Assembly (NCBI RefSeq): GCF_001194135.2
Contig: NC_068982.1
Location: 166,044,484-166,098,422, forward strand
Reading direction: 5' to 3'
Length of the DNA: 53,939 nt
Origin: Octopus bimaculoides
Lineage: Eukaryota
Shown piece by piece: positions 38,832-52,187 of this stretch. The notes below the pieces were generated by a model. The model did no database searches. It was not told the origin of the DNA and worked only from the letters and a program-made list of their open reading frames with translations. Positions within the stretch are counted from its first letter, which is position 1. Each line of letters opens with the position of its first letter. Made by a program: the position numbers and the translations under genes.

Positions 38832-38903
38832 ATATTTGCATATTGTATATTTGCATATTGTATATTGCATTTGCATATTGCATATTGAATATTTGCATAT
38901 TGT
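38832..38903. repeat. Degenerate 15-bp tandem repeat ATATTTGCATATTGT
   Basis: Full units at 38832, 38847 and 38889, with partial units between them. Confidence 0.85.
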
Positions 38904-40939
38904 ATAACATTATATTTGTATAACATTTGTTCGGTTTGACAATTAATACGTGACAATTATTATGTAATGCAGCAAAGAGCAAAACTAATTGTGTCGTTGG
39001 TTATTTAATGATTGTAATTACATAAATTACTATACGCCTTATTTTCGAGATAATTGTGTATGCATGTGTGTGTATGCACGTGTGTGTGTATGTATGTATG
39101 TATGTATGCATGTATGTATGTACGTATGTATGTACGTATGTGTGTATGTATGTATGTATTGTCGTCATCAACATTTGCAATTTTCTTGTATGCTACTGGT
39201 TTTTGGTAATAGCTTGATAAATAATTTATAAATTTATAGAAATATTACAGAATCATTTGTATGCATTAAGATTAGATTTTCATTTATTTTGCAATATTTC
39301 CATTATCTAATTAATCCGCCACTTTGCACAAGTTCTAAATTTGATTATAATAGGGAAGATTGTCATCAGTATTATTATTATCATCATTGTTTTTGTAGTT
39401 ATTATTAGTAGTAGTATTAATATTAGTATTCCTGTTAGTGTTGTTCTTGTTGTTGCTGTCATATATTAAAGGGAACGGTATTAAAACTGTACTGGATATC
39501 GTTATTCTATGTTCTAAAAGAGCTCGGCGTGGAAGTAATTGTTAACGGAAATACTTTATGAAATTTTATTTTTCCTTTTTGCTCCAGTATTAAAAAATTC
39601 AGGTTTCTGAAATGTTCAAGGGTCTACTCCATTACCTAGTATAGAAGAAATCTTATGCACGTTGCAAGATGATCCATTCAGAAGTAGCAGATGTACTCAC
39701 CACAATGGTGTTAGCAGCACCCATTAACATATTTATCCACTCATACATAAACTTCAAACCAGAGAGCAAAATATCAAAAATACAAACAATGAAATTATTA
39801 AATATATAGAGAGACCAACAAGTTTAAATACTTGTACAATAGAAGGCATAAACATAAGGCAATGTTATTACCAGTTTGAATATGGCAGTGGCAAGTTCGA
39901 ACTCGTTAACAAACCACCTCGTAATAAACGGAATAGTGTAATACAAATTAATTTAAATGAGAAAACAGTTTTTAAAACCGAATGACTACACTTTCAACAT
40001 CGTTTGCTAACGTTGTGGGCCAAAATAAGTTTCTCGACTCATAACAATTGAAGGAAAAACAGAAAGAAAAGTTGAGTTACGTCACAAAAGGAAATGTATT
40101 GATCTCTGGTCATTGTGTCATAGGATGTTAGCTCCATTGGCCAGAGCAGCGCGTATGGAAATGTGTGCCTGGGTTTTTAAGACGGAGATCAAGACGAGAA
40201 GACGTCTGCCTACAGACTAGTTTAACAGTATATAGGTTTCGGAATTACTAAGATCACATACAGTGCTTTAGTGTGAATATCAATTCATCATGTCGTCACT
40301 TTCATGTAAGAGAGCGCACATTTGGTGAAAGCAGAACAATCCACAAAAACACATGGTCGGGTAGGATCTGTGTGGGCAGTCAGATTCTAATGGCTCTGGA
40401 AGATCACGTGGCTCTTACGGAACTGAAAACAAGTCAATCAGTCTTGTTGCACGAGGTAGCAGTTGCTACACGAAAATTACTTGAGACCTAACTGCCCAAA
40501 AGAGAGTGGAAGCAAAAAATAGATTAACATACAACAGCAGAGGTAGCAACACCAACAGCAGAAATTTCTAGAGGTGATGACCACGACGGATAATACACCT
40601 GTCTGTATTGCACAGCTGGAGCAGTTGCAGATATCGTCGAAGGAGAAGTAAGTGAAGTTGCTTTGTCCAAATCCCATCGGGAGCCGAAGATGACTATAAA
40701 CCGAAAAAACCTTCCCTTAACACAGTACTGGTCAGAAGCTATATGTAATAGAGCTGCCCCGAAGTTTGACCGAACTAAGTGAGAAACTAATAAGAAAAGG
40801 AAGAGGAGAAAAATAGACAAACGTCTATACAGAGGTAAAACATGAGGCCGGAAGTTCCCCACGAAGCAGCACCCAACTCCACTGAGTGCTTGAATTTACA
40901 GTAATCCGAAAATATACGGTAGAGTTGCTGAAGAAGGGG

Positions 40940-42337
40940 CAGTGAACAAAATAAATGGTGAGCAAAGAGAGCAATTATTAGTCATAACTCCTTCCAAAAA
41001 CCGCGAAAGAATTTGTAGGCGTGGAAATCTCCAAGAGGTGACTTAACTTAAATTGACTGTTGTCTACCGCAAAAGATGACATAATAGCATGGAGGACTGT
41101 AAGGCTTTCAACACATCTCATTTCGTGGGAGGTGACTATCGTATTGTATCAACAAAAATCAAATTGAGTAACCGAAAATCAAAAATTGTATTTCATAAAC
41201 ACCTCAACTAGTGTGCAATTGGAGATAGTACAAAAATAGTCAGAGATATCGTCAATACAGTTGCACTTCACTTTAACAATCTCCCTGAATCCCAACAATC
41301 TTACCGGGACTTCGGGAAAATCTGCAACAGCGTCGGAAAAGAAAAGCTTCCTCCGAAACTAACTTCCAAATCTGCTACTGCAGATCACATTGAAGTTTCC
41401 AACACACGTGAAGCAACTCTTAGATCAAATTTCAACAAACTAGCAGCAGCTCAAATAAACCATCGCCAAATGTTCAACAGATGCAAAGGAGAAAAAAATT
41501 AACAATACTTTAAAGTTATTTGAAACTACCATCACCGGTGATCATGTACAAGTATTCAAACTTGTGCGTGAGTTTTCTGGGAAAAAGTCTGGAATCACTT
41601 TCATATAAGGTAACGACAGACTGAACATCTAGATGACCCACCTCTCTAAGCTTCTGAACTCTGATGACAATCAATCCTATGGCAATAGATAGAGTCATTG
41701 CGCCTCTTTTTGAATAAAATTGTCTCATAAGTTATGATCTATTTTTACAAGCTGAGGTCGACGGCGTCATTAAACAGATGAAACATGGAAAGACACCTGA
41801 TCTTGATGACTTTCTGCTGAGTTCTGGAGGCTCTCGAGTGCCAGGGAATGTCTTCGAAATTTTTTAAATAACTCGCTGCGGTAGGAGAGACCTCCAGAAT
41901 TGGGTATGTCTGGAATCATCCCCATTTCTAAGAAGGGCAACCTGACTATACTTGATAACTACTGAGGAATCTTTCTCACCCAGATTGCTGCGAAGATATA
42001 CAGTCGTCTTTTATTGAATCGTTTGCGCTTTGTCCTTGACCCTCTCCTCTGAACAAATGAAAATGGCTTCCGTCAAGACAGATCAACATATTCACAAATC
42101 TTAACCCTGCGTAGGTTGATTGAGCAGATTCGAAATCATAACAAAGAGGCTGTGCTTATCTTCATCGACTTCCGTTAAGCATTTGACTCCATCAACAGGA
42201 ATGTTATATTCTGGGTCTAAACCCTGAAGAAAATCATTGAGGAAGACGTTCAACTACATGGCAGTGCCTTGATCAACACGATGCAAGACCACGTTAAATG
42301 GAGGAACCTCATAGGGTCGCCAATTGGAGATGGAGAG
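40940..42337 (+). mobile_element. RTE-clade LINE remnant (end of APE endonuclease, RT, C-terminus; internally deleted, many stops)
   Basis: NSFQKP..L*AWKSPRG, NSMEDCKAF...GGDYRIVSTKIKLS (end of APE), EVDGVIKQMKHGK, GIIPISKKGNL..DNY*GI.L..IAAKIYSRLLLNRL..LDP.L..NENGFRQDRST..QILTLRRLIE....AVLIFIDF.*AFDSINR, and a terminal MQDHVKWR. Confidence 0.9.
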
Positions 42338-42470
42338 GACTTTGCTGTTCGTCCTTTCAGAGCCGATAAAATAAAGTACCAGTTGGACACCGGGGTCGAT
42401 ATAATTGACTTACCCCACCCCCGAAATTACTAGCCTTCTGCTAAAATTTGAAATAATAATAATAATAATA

Positions 42471-42521
<51 letters not shown>

Positions 42522-42910
42522 GTATGGCAGCGAGTTGCCAAGATCGTTAGCACGTCGGGGGAAATGCTTACCAGCATTTCATCTGTTTTTTATGTTCTGA
42601 ATTCAAATTCTACCGAGGTCGACTTTGCTTATCATCCTTTCGCAGTCGATAAAATACCAGTTGAGTATTAAGATCGATGTAATCGACTTAGCCCCTGTCC
42701 CGAAATTGCTAGCAAAATTTGAAAATTAAGCCGGCCAGCCGGCAAAATCATTAAGCACGCCGGGCAAAATGCTTTGGAGCATTTTGTCCGTCTCTACTTT
42801 CTGAGTTCAAATTTCGCCGAAGCCGACATTGCCTTTCCTCCTTTTGGGGTCGATGTAATCAACTAGTTTCTTATCCCAAAATGTCAGGCCTTGTGCCTAT
42901 AGTAGAAAGG
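42338..42910 (+). mobile_element. Cluster of three family A SINEs (42338-42452 3' half, 42526-42725, 42731-42910)
   Basis: Family A blocks with (AAT)n/(ATT)n spacers. The third copy is deleted between its two GGGGTCGAT repeats. Confidence 0.85.
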
Positions 42911-45097
42911 ATTATTATTAATGTTATTATTATTCAATTTTACCAACAGCAAATATTTAAAGAAAACTTAATTAATCAGTGACTCTTGGCTTATAATTAA
43001 AACTCTCTTACATTCGGTTCTTTTATCTTTTCTTTCGCTCTTCCGTTATCAGCACTCAACGATTTAATAGGAATCAACAGATCGCTATTAATCCATTATG
43101 AAAATATGTAGGAAGCTACAAAAATGCAAAATAAGGAAGTGGCAGACAGAATGAATTTAATCAGGTAGAAATATTGATGGCATGCATCTATTCCAGTAGA
43201 GATGAATAACTGAGCAGTCTAATGTAGTTTAGGATAATTTTGTTTTTCTTAGTTATTTTTAATTTCAGTATTTTATTTGACATTGAAGTATCTTTACATT
43301 AATTATTTTCGAAAAAATAAAATATATATTTATATAAACGATAATGTGTTACATTTTATTCAAAGTTTTTGTAAATTTTCGGAAGCGTCCGGTAGAATAT
43401 CCAGAATACGTTATTGAAAAAAATATCTAATTCATGCTTAATTTATGAGATCATTTTATGACATCGCTCACTCCAGATAACTAGAGAAAAAAAATGATAA
43501 TTTCATTACGAAGTGAGTTAGTTTCCCGTGTTCATCACCTTACAACTTAACCTTTACTCTCTTCAACTTGTTAATTGAATGATTGGTTCTTAACTCACAT
43601 TAGTTAATGCCGCATCTTTTTTTTCTTTCTTTTTTTTTTTTGGCAAGTGGGGAGGGTTCCACGCCTCTACTGTTTAGCAGTAATAGCTAATAGAATGAAG
43701 TCAGTGTGTCGTGAGTAGAAAAAAATAACTGATATTTAAAACAAAGCTGTTGATCGGAGAAGAACTCTACTGGAACGTTAGATATTTACACATCGCACGG
43801 CACACTAATATACCTTGGCAGAACCCATTTCGTATAATCGAAGCATGTTGAAAATCATGTTGGAAATCAATAAACTCCATTTTTATCTTATTTTAATTTA
43901 TACTTCATTAACTATATTAATTCTTGATGATGCATATCACCACTACTTACCCCGAAGTCGCAAACCAATGAAGCAACGGCCGCTGATTACTCGACCTGCA
44001 AGGCATAGCAGTCAAATTACCTTCAAACCACATTTTATCGTCTTAAAAAGGGAGAAAAACATTGGATAATATGGCTGTAGATATATCATATCTGAAAATG
44101 AGCATGTTAATCACCTTTGGTCAAAATCTGCTTTATAAGGGTTCATCAGTAGCTAAAACCAACAGTAACAAAGCAGGACTCTTGTAATCACATTATGTTT
44201 TCTTACTAACGCCATAACTTCAAAATGAATTATCGAACTCCATTGTTTCGATACCACATTATTGTATTATACACTGTGGATATAACACTTTTCCTGTAAT
44301 CAGTGAGGGTTTGATTCTCACCACCATCACTAAAAATATGCTGTATTCATAGGACAAGTTTTAGGTGAGGTGAAGGAGAGGTCAGATGTATCACAAACTA
44401 CTTGCTTTGTATTATCGTATAAAGTAATTCCATTCGTAACAATACTGAATTTGTTTGCAGTGTCCATTTTCACAGCTAGATTGACACTGACAGAGAGAGA
44501 AACCGAGGGGTTGTAGATTAAATGAATATCGCATAGACACAGCACATGCCAGTGACGTAATAGCACATTCACTCACATAAGTACCTACGTACACTTCTGT
44601 TTGTAGTCCAACATGATGACGTCTTGTTCAGCGATAAAAACATGGAATCTAATTTGAATGGTCAGAAAGTTCAAATGCAAGGACATTTTACAAAACTGCA
44701 TTATCACTTAGGGTTTTTACATTGATTTCATTCATTGGATTATGGATACCGTCTTCAGCAGCTTAAATAAATTAAATCGACCTCAGTACTTGCCTGCTAC
44801 TTATTACCAACATCGGAGGAGAAATCAAAGGCAAAGTATCATCCAGAGACATGGGAAGGCAACGGAGACAACTAAGTATATTACAAGGTATTTACGCTCA
44901 ACACACCGATTTTTTTCCCATCCAAGCCTTCTATACATATATACACGGGCGCTTGTGTTACATATGCTTCCCATCATATTTATATAAATATCTGTGTTCT
45001 TGTGCGTGTGGGTGGGGTGTTTCTACTCTTGTTTTCAATGTATTTACACATTCAGTTGGGCGCGTACTGTAATGAACTCTATCATTATATAACTTTT

Positions 45098-45200
45098 AAC
45101 TTGTTTCAGTCATTTTCTTTTGCCGAACAGCTAAGTTACAGGAACGTAAACACACCAACATCGGCTGTCAAGCGATGGGGGTGACAAACACAGACACACA
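45098..45200 (+). mobile_element. SINE-like family E fragment, internally deleted (related 5' part at 51726-51810)
   Basis: ACTTGTTTCAGTCATT is shared with 51737-51752; the 3' part GTAAACACACCAACATCGG..GTCAAGCG runs into an (AC)-rich tail. Confidence 0.6.
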
Positions 45201-45206
45201 CACAAA

Positions 45207-45240
<34 letters not shown>

Positions 45241-45348
45241 NNNNNNNNNNNNNNNNNNNNNNNNNNNNNNNNNNNNNNNNNNNNNNNNNNNNNNNNNNNN
45301 NNNNNNNNNNNNNNNNNNNNNNNNNNNNNNNNNNNNNNNNNNNNNNNN

Positions 45349-45393
<45 letters not shown>

Positions 45394-45395
45394 GC

Positions 45396-45540
45396 ACGAC
45401 GTCTACCAAATCCACTCACAAGGCTTTGGTGACCAGAGGCTATAGTAGATGACACTTACCCAAGGTGTTACGCAGTGGGACTGAACCTGGAACCATGTGA
45501 TTGGGAAGCAAGCTTCTTACTACACAGCCATGCTGCGCCT
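45396..45540 (-). mobile_element. tRNA-like SINE, family D
   Basis: Reverse-complement homologue of 22277-22433. Confidence 0.8.
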
Positions 45541-45676
45541 ATATATATATGGAGAGAGAGAGAGAGAAAGAGAGACATTATTTAGGATATGTTTTACAAA
45601 CCTGAGAAACACACGTGTCATTTTATTGTTTGTGTACATTTGTTCAAATAGTTAAGTGTGGGTGTATGTGTGTGTG

Positions 45677-45729
<53 letters not shown>

Positions 45730-46551
45730 TGGGGAGGAATGTACCAAAATTCATAGCATGTCTAGACAGGACTGTCCGTTATATATAAATGTGTATACAA
45801 GTTGATTGAAACAAATACATTACAAAAAATATAAATACCACTTTGTATTTACTATCACAATAAGGTTAAGTGGAAGTCGACCATCGTCAGTTTGACTTGC
45901 AGCAGTGCTTATAGCTCGATTATTAATATAGTTACATACCCTACAATGCTGTATTGATCTCATGTTTTCGTATCTCTCTTTTCCAATCACTGTCTGTCTA
46001 GACTTCTCGGGGAAGAAAGCCACTTGCTCGAATGAAAACCCATTAGCAAATTCGGACCCTTGCTCCCAATAATTCTCTATCTTTAATATTTATTTCTATT
46101 TTGTTTTCTCTATAATAGTCTACAATGACTTCTGTTTTTCAGAACTCACCGACAGTATTCTGTTCTCAGTATGAGTTTCCATTACATTCACCCATACGGT
46201 ACGTTTTTCTCTATAAAAGAAAAAAAGTTCTGTATTACAAACTTCTGCAATATGGAATTCTGAATTTACAAATATATTTTGAGTTACTGAGATGTTTTAC
46301 TCTTTAATTTTCATTTTTTCTTTTTTTACTTTTAATCACGTTTTGATTATTGTTGTCCTCCTCTTTACTTCATTTTTGTTTGATTCATTCTAGAAACATT
46401 CACCAACATTTTCCATATTTAGACTGAAGCGATTTAATCCTCTCAACACGCTGCTATAAGCTTGAGGTTGAGAGAAACTGGTTTTAATGTTGACATTGAT
46501 GTCGATTCAAAAGACTGTCCTTATTCCTTTTTATATACATTCATCCATATT

Positions 46552-46596
<45 letters not shown>

Positions 46597-46921
46597 TGCG
46601 CGCGTGTGTGTGTGTGTGCCGAAACTCTGAACTCGGTCAACCTCCTCTTCCTAATAAAAGGTAATGATATCCATAATATCTGTTAGGCAGCTGATGGAAG
46701 TATATGTTTGATATGCTTACTGTTTGTACTCTCGTTGTTCTAAGTCCTTCATTCTTGCAGAGTTGAATTTGTTAAGGGTTTCTTCGTTTCTCGGTTATTG
46801 ATGAATTTGTTGATTATATTATACCACACATTGATATTGCGTGTTTGTCTTTCGTAAGGATTCTAAATCTGATTAGGGTAATACTCGTTTAAGGATTTCT
46901 AGTTTTTGGAAATTTTTCGAA

Positions 46922-47540
46922 GATCCTCAGGGAACTATACTGGGACGGCTGCTGTTCGTAGTAATTCTGTCAGACTTATTCTCAGACATGCAGTCATACA
47001 CTTTTTCCAGCTATGCTGATGACTCAACGGTATCGCAAGCAATCGAGGTCCCTGAAGATATCTCAAATACCTCAAAGCTACAGTAAGATTTGAACAAAAT
47101 ATGCATGTAGACAAAAGAAAACAATATGCAGTTCAATGCTGACGAGTTTCAAGCATTCAGGTTTCGGCCTACAAACGGGATGCAATCATAATATGCATGT
47201 TCAGGGGTTTTGCAATCGCAGTTGAGTCGGTGCGTGACCTGGTAATCTACTTCACCTTTCTAATCTATCGTTCTGTGTGCATATTACTAAGATGGCAACA
47301 ACGTGTGAGTGACTGGTTGGATTCTGAGATCATTCAGAACGCGAAAAGGGAAATCATGTTGCTCCTATGGAAAACATTCGTACTCAGTTGCCTGTTCTCA
47401 ATTATGGATTCCACAAAGCGTCAAATTAACGAAAGAACTCAAGGCAATCCAGCATCGCTATACCAAGAAGATGGACTTCTGAAAAAGGCTAAAGAGTTGA
47501 TACTCTACTTCCTGGAGAGAAGATGCGAAGGTATGCAATC
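46922..47540 (+). mobile_element. CR1-type LINE reverse transcriptase fragment, pseudogenised
   Basis: DPQGTILGRLLFVVILSDL...SSYADDS...LQ*DLNKI...ENNMQFNA..F, then VRDLV, GWILRSFRT.KREIMLLLWKTFV and LKELILYFLERR. Matches the CR1 motifs GVPQG.VLGP.LF, YADD, LQ.DL..W...N.M.FN and L.L.SL..RR. Confidence 0.88.
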
Positions 47541-47546
47541 TCTTTA

Positions 47547-47604
<58 letters not shown>

Positions 47605-47610
47605 CTCTCT

Positions 47611-47620
47611 NNNNNNNNNN
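47611..47620. other. 10-N assembly gap. Larger gaps: 1970-2204, 13087-13494, 22481-22893, 30801-30892, 36226-36331, 45241-45348, 48520-48671, 50076-50655
   Basis: Runs of n, each flanked on at least one side by (TA)n, (CT)n, (TG)n or (AAT)n. Confidence 0.99.
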
Positions 47621-47627
47621 CTCTTTA

Positions 47628-47685
<58 letters not shown>

Positions 47686-48472
47686 CTCTCTCTCTCTCAC
47701 CCTCTTACTTTTACTTCTAGCCTTTCTTCTTTCTCCTTGTCTTCCTCTTTGTCCGATCCCCTTTTCTTTTCTCTCTGTCGCGCTCTCTCGCCCTCTTTCT
47801 CCTCTGCCAACTGCTGACACGTGACCCGTGACCAGCCTTTCTTTCTTTCTCAATCCCTTTTTTTACACCGGTCGCGTAGCTGACCGGTCCTAAATTCTCT
47901 GTGCCACACTGGCACACGTTTTGCTTTTTCTCACATTTCTAATCCTTTAGGATTGCCCTCTAAGTGTTAACCACCATTCGTGTTTTTTTCTTTTTTGGGC
48001 CCTGAGGCCGTATTCTGTTCGTTTCTTATTCATTTTATCTTTGTCCTTCGTCCGTCATCTTAAATTACATTTATTCATTTTCCTACATCCACTTCTGCAT
48101 CGCTTGTTATCCATGTGTCGTTTTCCCTTGGCCCTATATTCTCCGCAACCTTCGCGGGCACCGCCAGCATGGGAAACACCTAGAGTCTTTTCATTAATGG
48201 TGCGAAACTGAGTAATACTAACTGGCTGATAACTGATGAAGAATCAGAGACCCTCTATGACTGTCTTCCGTCCGTTTGTGCACTCAGTATATGTTATCCG
48301 TTGTTTACTTTTCGTTGCTGTATTTACTATATATTCACTTAAGTAACGGAATGCTTTTATTAACAGTAAGTTTTTATTAGCAGTAAGTTTTTATAAGTTT
48401 TCTATATATCCGTGCGTCTCTATTTCTAGCCTTTCCTGTTTCTCCTTTTTCCCTCTTCGTCTCTTTCCTTTA

Positions 48473-48519
<47 letters not shown>

Positions 48520-48671
48520 NNNNNNNNNNNNNNNNNNNNNNNNNNNNNNNNNNNNNNNNNNNNNNNNNNNNNNNNNNNNNNNNNNNNNNNNNNNNNNNNN
48601 NNNNNNNNNNNNNNNNNNNNNNNNNNNNNNNNNNNNNNNNNNNNNNNNNNNNNNNNNNNNNNNNNNNNNNN

Positions 48672-48705
<34 letters not shown>

Positions 48706-49013
48706 GTAACGCCTCAATATATGAGTTAATTCGTTCCCGGAGAACGCTCGTAAAGCGAAATATCGTAAACAAAAAATAGAACTCATATAAACTCGAAAAC
48801 CCAGGATCTCGTGAAGTGAGGTATTACTGTAAATGTACATACATACATGCATACATACATACATACATACATACATTCATACATACATACATACATATGT
48901 GAAGTTAAAGGAAATATATTTACTGTTAAACATGTAAACATAACGTAAACTGTAATTTACAGCCAGATATTAACAAATATGATGATAGGCGTATGTAACA
49001 AACGCTCACATAC

Positions 49014-49105
<92 letters not shown>

Positions 49106-50036
49106 ACGCGTGTGTGCGTATGTATGTAGTGTTAGCAAATAAGACATGTACTATACTGTCAAAAGAAATCAGTATAACTCTACGTCGACAAGTACTATGC
49201 CTTTAGCTTCACAGCAAATTACTTTTACTACGCGGTTTCCAGTCCCTGTTGAAAGCTAATTTGAGTTTAGATACGCAGTTAATATTTTTGGGAATAATAA
49301 TCCCAACATAACATCCTATTTTAATTATATCCTAGAATTTGGGTGTTTTAAACCTAGTCAAGAGAATCCGATATTAATACTGAATATAGCGTAAAAGGGT
49401 TCCTCTGAATATCAGACAATTTTTAATAAGTTCTTCTCCAGCGTTTTATTACATCCATAAAACATAGATTTAAGTTTTATTGAATGTTTTCAGTCATATT
49501 TTGTGTAAAAGGCGTTTGAACGTAAACCGTTCCCAACACTGATGTTTTCGTTTTTAGCCTTGCTATTCATTATTAAGCTCTTGCAAAATCTCAATTTAAG
49601 GATAGTTGTTTATAAATTATTTTTAAAATATCATTTTCACTATATATATATTAAAATTGTGTTAAAACAAAAGCAAGTGTTACTCGGACGGGTTGAATTT
49701 AATTGTACTGTCATCATAAAACGTTGAATGAACTGCGAAAGACCAAATACATATGCACGCGCGTGGGTCGTATTCAAAATTAAATCAATTGATATGGCGT
49801 GTTCAAAATGCGTCTGGTTCCTTATCGTAGAACAAATATTCCAGTAGCTGACGTGTTTATATTTTCAATTGTTTTACACGCAAACACATAAACGTATACA
49901 CATCGACAATGAGATGTATAATAAGATGGTATGCCTATACACGCAGACATAAGGTTTACGTTTACATGTACGCACAAAAGCATGTGTGTATGTGCGTGTG
50001 TGCGTATATATAAATGTATAGGCATTTATATCCTTA

Positions 50037-50075
<39 letters not shown>

Positions 50076-51381
50076 NNNNNNNNNNNNNNNNNNNNNNNNN
50101 NNNNNNNNNNNNNNNNNNNNNNNNNNNNNNNNNNNNNNNNNNNNNNNNNNNNNNNNNNNNNNNNNNNNNNNNNNNNNNNNNNNNNNNNNNNNNNNNNNNN
50201 NNNNNNNNNNNNNNNNNNNNNNNNNNNNNNNNNNNNNNNNNNNNNNNNNNNNNNNNNNNNNNNNNNNNNNNNNNNNNNNNNNNNNNNNNNNNNNNNNNNN
50301 NNNNNNNNNNNNNNNNNNNNNNNNNNNNNNNNNNNNNNNNNNNNNNNNNNNNNNNNNNNNNNNNNNNNNNNNNNNNNNNNNNNNNNNNNNNNNNNNNNNN
50401 NNNNNNNNNNNNNNNNNNNNNNNNNNNNNNNNNNNNNNNNNNNNNNNNNNNNNNNNNNNNNNNNNNNNNNNNNNNNNNNNNNNNNNNNNNNNNNNNNNNN
50501 NNNNNNNNNNNNNNNNNNNNNNNNNNNNNNNNNNNNNNNNNNNNNNNNNNNNNNNNNNNNNNNNNNNNNNNNNNNNNNNNNNNNNNNNNNNNNNNNNNNN
50601 NNNNNNNNNNNNNNNNNNNNNNNNNNNNNNNNNNNNNNNNNNNNNNNNNNNNNNNNTATATATATATATATATATATGATACATATATAGTTAAATAAAT
50701 GCATACATACTTATACATACAATTTTTTAAAGATTTGCTTTCATATCGAACAACTATAAATGTCATTTAAAACATTTTTATTATTTTTTGCAATTGCGTA
50801 TGTTAACAGGTATATAATCAATCTATACATGTGTGCGTGTTTACAGCAGTGACTGTATATGTAGGTGTATACACATTTGATTATGTGTATCTATTTGTGG
50901 ATTTGTGTGTCTAAAAAACAGATGGGAAAGTAAATCACAATTTCTCACTATTTCTACATTAAGTGCCCATTATATATATTTATATTCCTCTGTGTTTCGG
51001 TCTACGTCTCTCTATGTGTTGTTCACATAATTGTCTTTATGTATAATACCTTTATGCAAAATACAATTATACAAGTAACTATAATTCATCTTTTGATATT
51101 TCAGTTTATCTGTACATTACCGCATTGCTTTATAAACTTTCTTCTGTGTGTATTGCAATAAACATATGGTATAATGATAATAACACCGTATATATTTGTG
51201 TTGCCGTATCTATCTGTCTGTGTTCGATACAATACATACAATACCTTATGTTTAAAAAGCCGCAAAATTCTGTAACAAAGAGGTATATTTAGAATCTGTG
51301 ACTTTCGTAGTGAAAGTCTAATGAAACACTACAATAGCTTTTTCATATGTTTCCTTGCATACTCACAAAACATACATATAA

Positions 51382-51423
<42 letters not shown>

Positions 51424-51443
51424 CACATACATACATACATACA

Positions 51444-51502
<59 letters not shown>

Positions 51503-52112
51503 GTGAGTGTATGTGCGTATGTGTGCGTGTATGCATGCTTGTATATATGTATATGTAAATATATTTGTATCTACATACAGGCATATATATGTATATGTAT
51601 AATGTATGAATATATAAGCTCATGTACGTGTGTGGGTGTATGTATATGTGTGGGTGTAACTATGATTTCCTTTAAAGAGATAGAGAGAAAGAGACAAAGA
51701 GAGAGAGAGAGAGAGAGCTATTCGTTTATTCTATTACTTGTTTCAGTCATTGAACTGTGGTCGTGCTGGGGCACTGCCTTGAAGAGTTTAATCGAACAAA
51801 TCTACTTCAATACCCATAACTCTGAAGTCTGTTAACCATAGATAGTTGTGTATATAAGTTATAGATATTTATACAGATGCATAAGTATATGAATGTATAT
51901 GGCCTAACGGTTAGGTGACTGCAATCACGATCATATGATCAATGTTTCGATTCCCAGACCGTTTCTCTGTAGCGGCTTGCTAGACGCTCTGTCCATCTTC
52001 TAAAGATATTTACCCAATCCTCTAAGCTGTTTTCCCAGCCATTCTGCGTTCGAGATTTCCTTTATTTTCTGTAGAATATCAACTCACTTGGTGCTTCTAA
52101 GTTTGTTTATAG

Positions 52113-52120
52113 ACAGACAG

Positions 52121-52151
<31 letters not shown>

Positions 52152-52187
52152 GACGGACGGACGGACGGACGGATGGATGGATGGATA
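52113..52187. repeat. Graded tetranucleotide microsatellite (GACA)n-(GGAC)n-(GGAT)n
   Basis: Read directly. Confidence 0.9.

Noticed and set aside
39701-39751. Candidate 51-bp minus-strand exon (FMYEWINMLMGAANTIV) ending at GTG|GTGAGT
   Set aside because: The donor is strong but the acceptor is weak (GAAG), the peptide is unrecognised and there are no partner exons. Chance is likely without RNA-seq support.
47540-47700. About 70-bp direct repeat on both sides of a 10-N gap, and the 206-aa ORF 47197..47817
   Set aside because: Identical sequence flanking a placeholder gap indicates an unmerged contig overlap. The ORF is a chimera of CR1 remnant and (CT)n.
48180-48280. CTGATGAAG at 48233 as a second hammerhead
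   Set aside because: There is no stem II closing on a GAAA; at most a decayed pseudo-LTR fragment.
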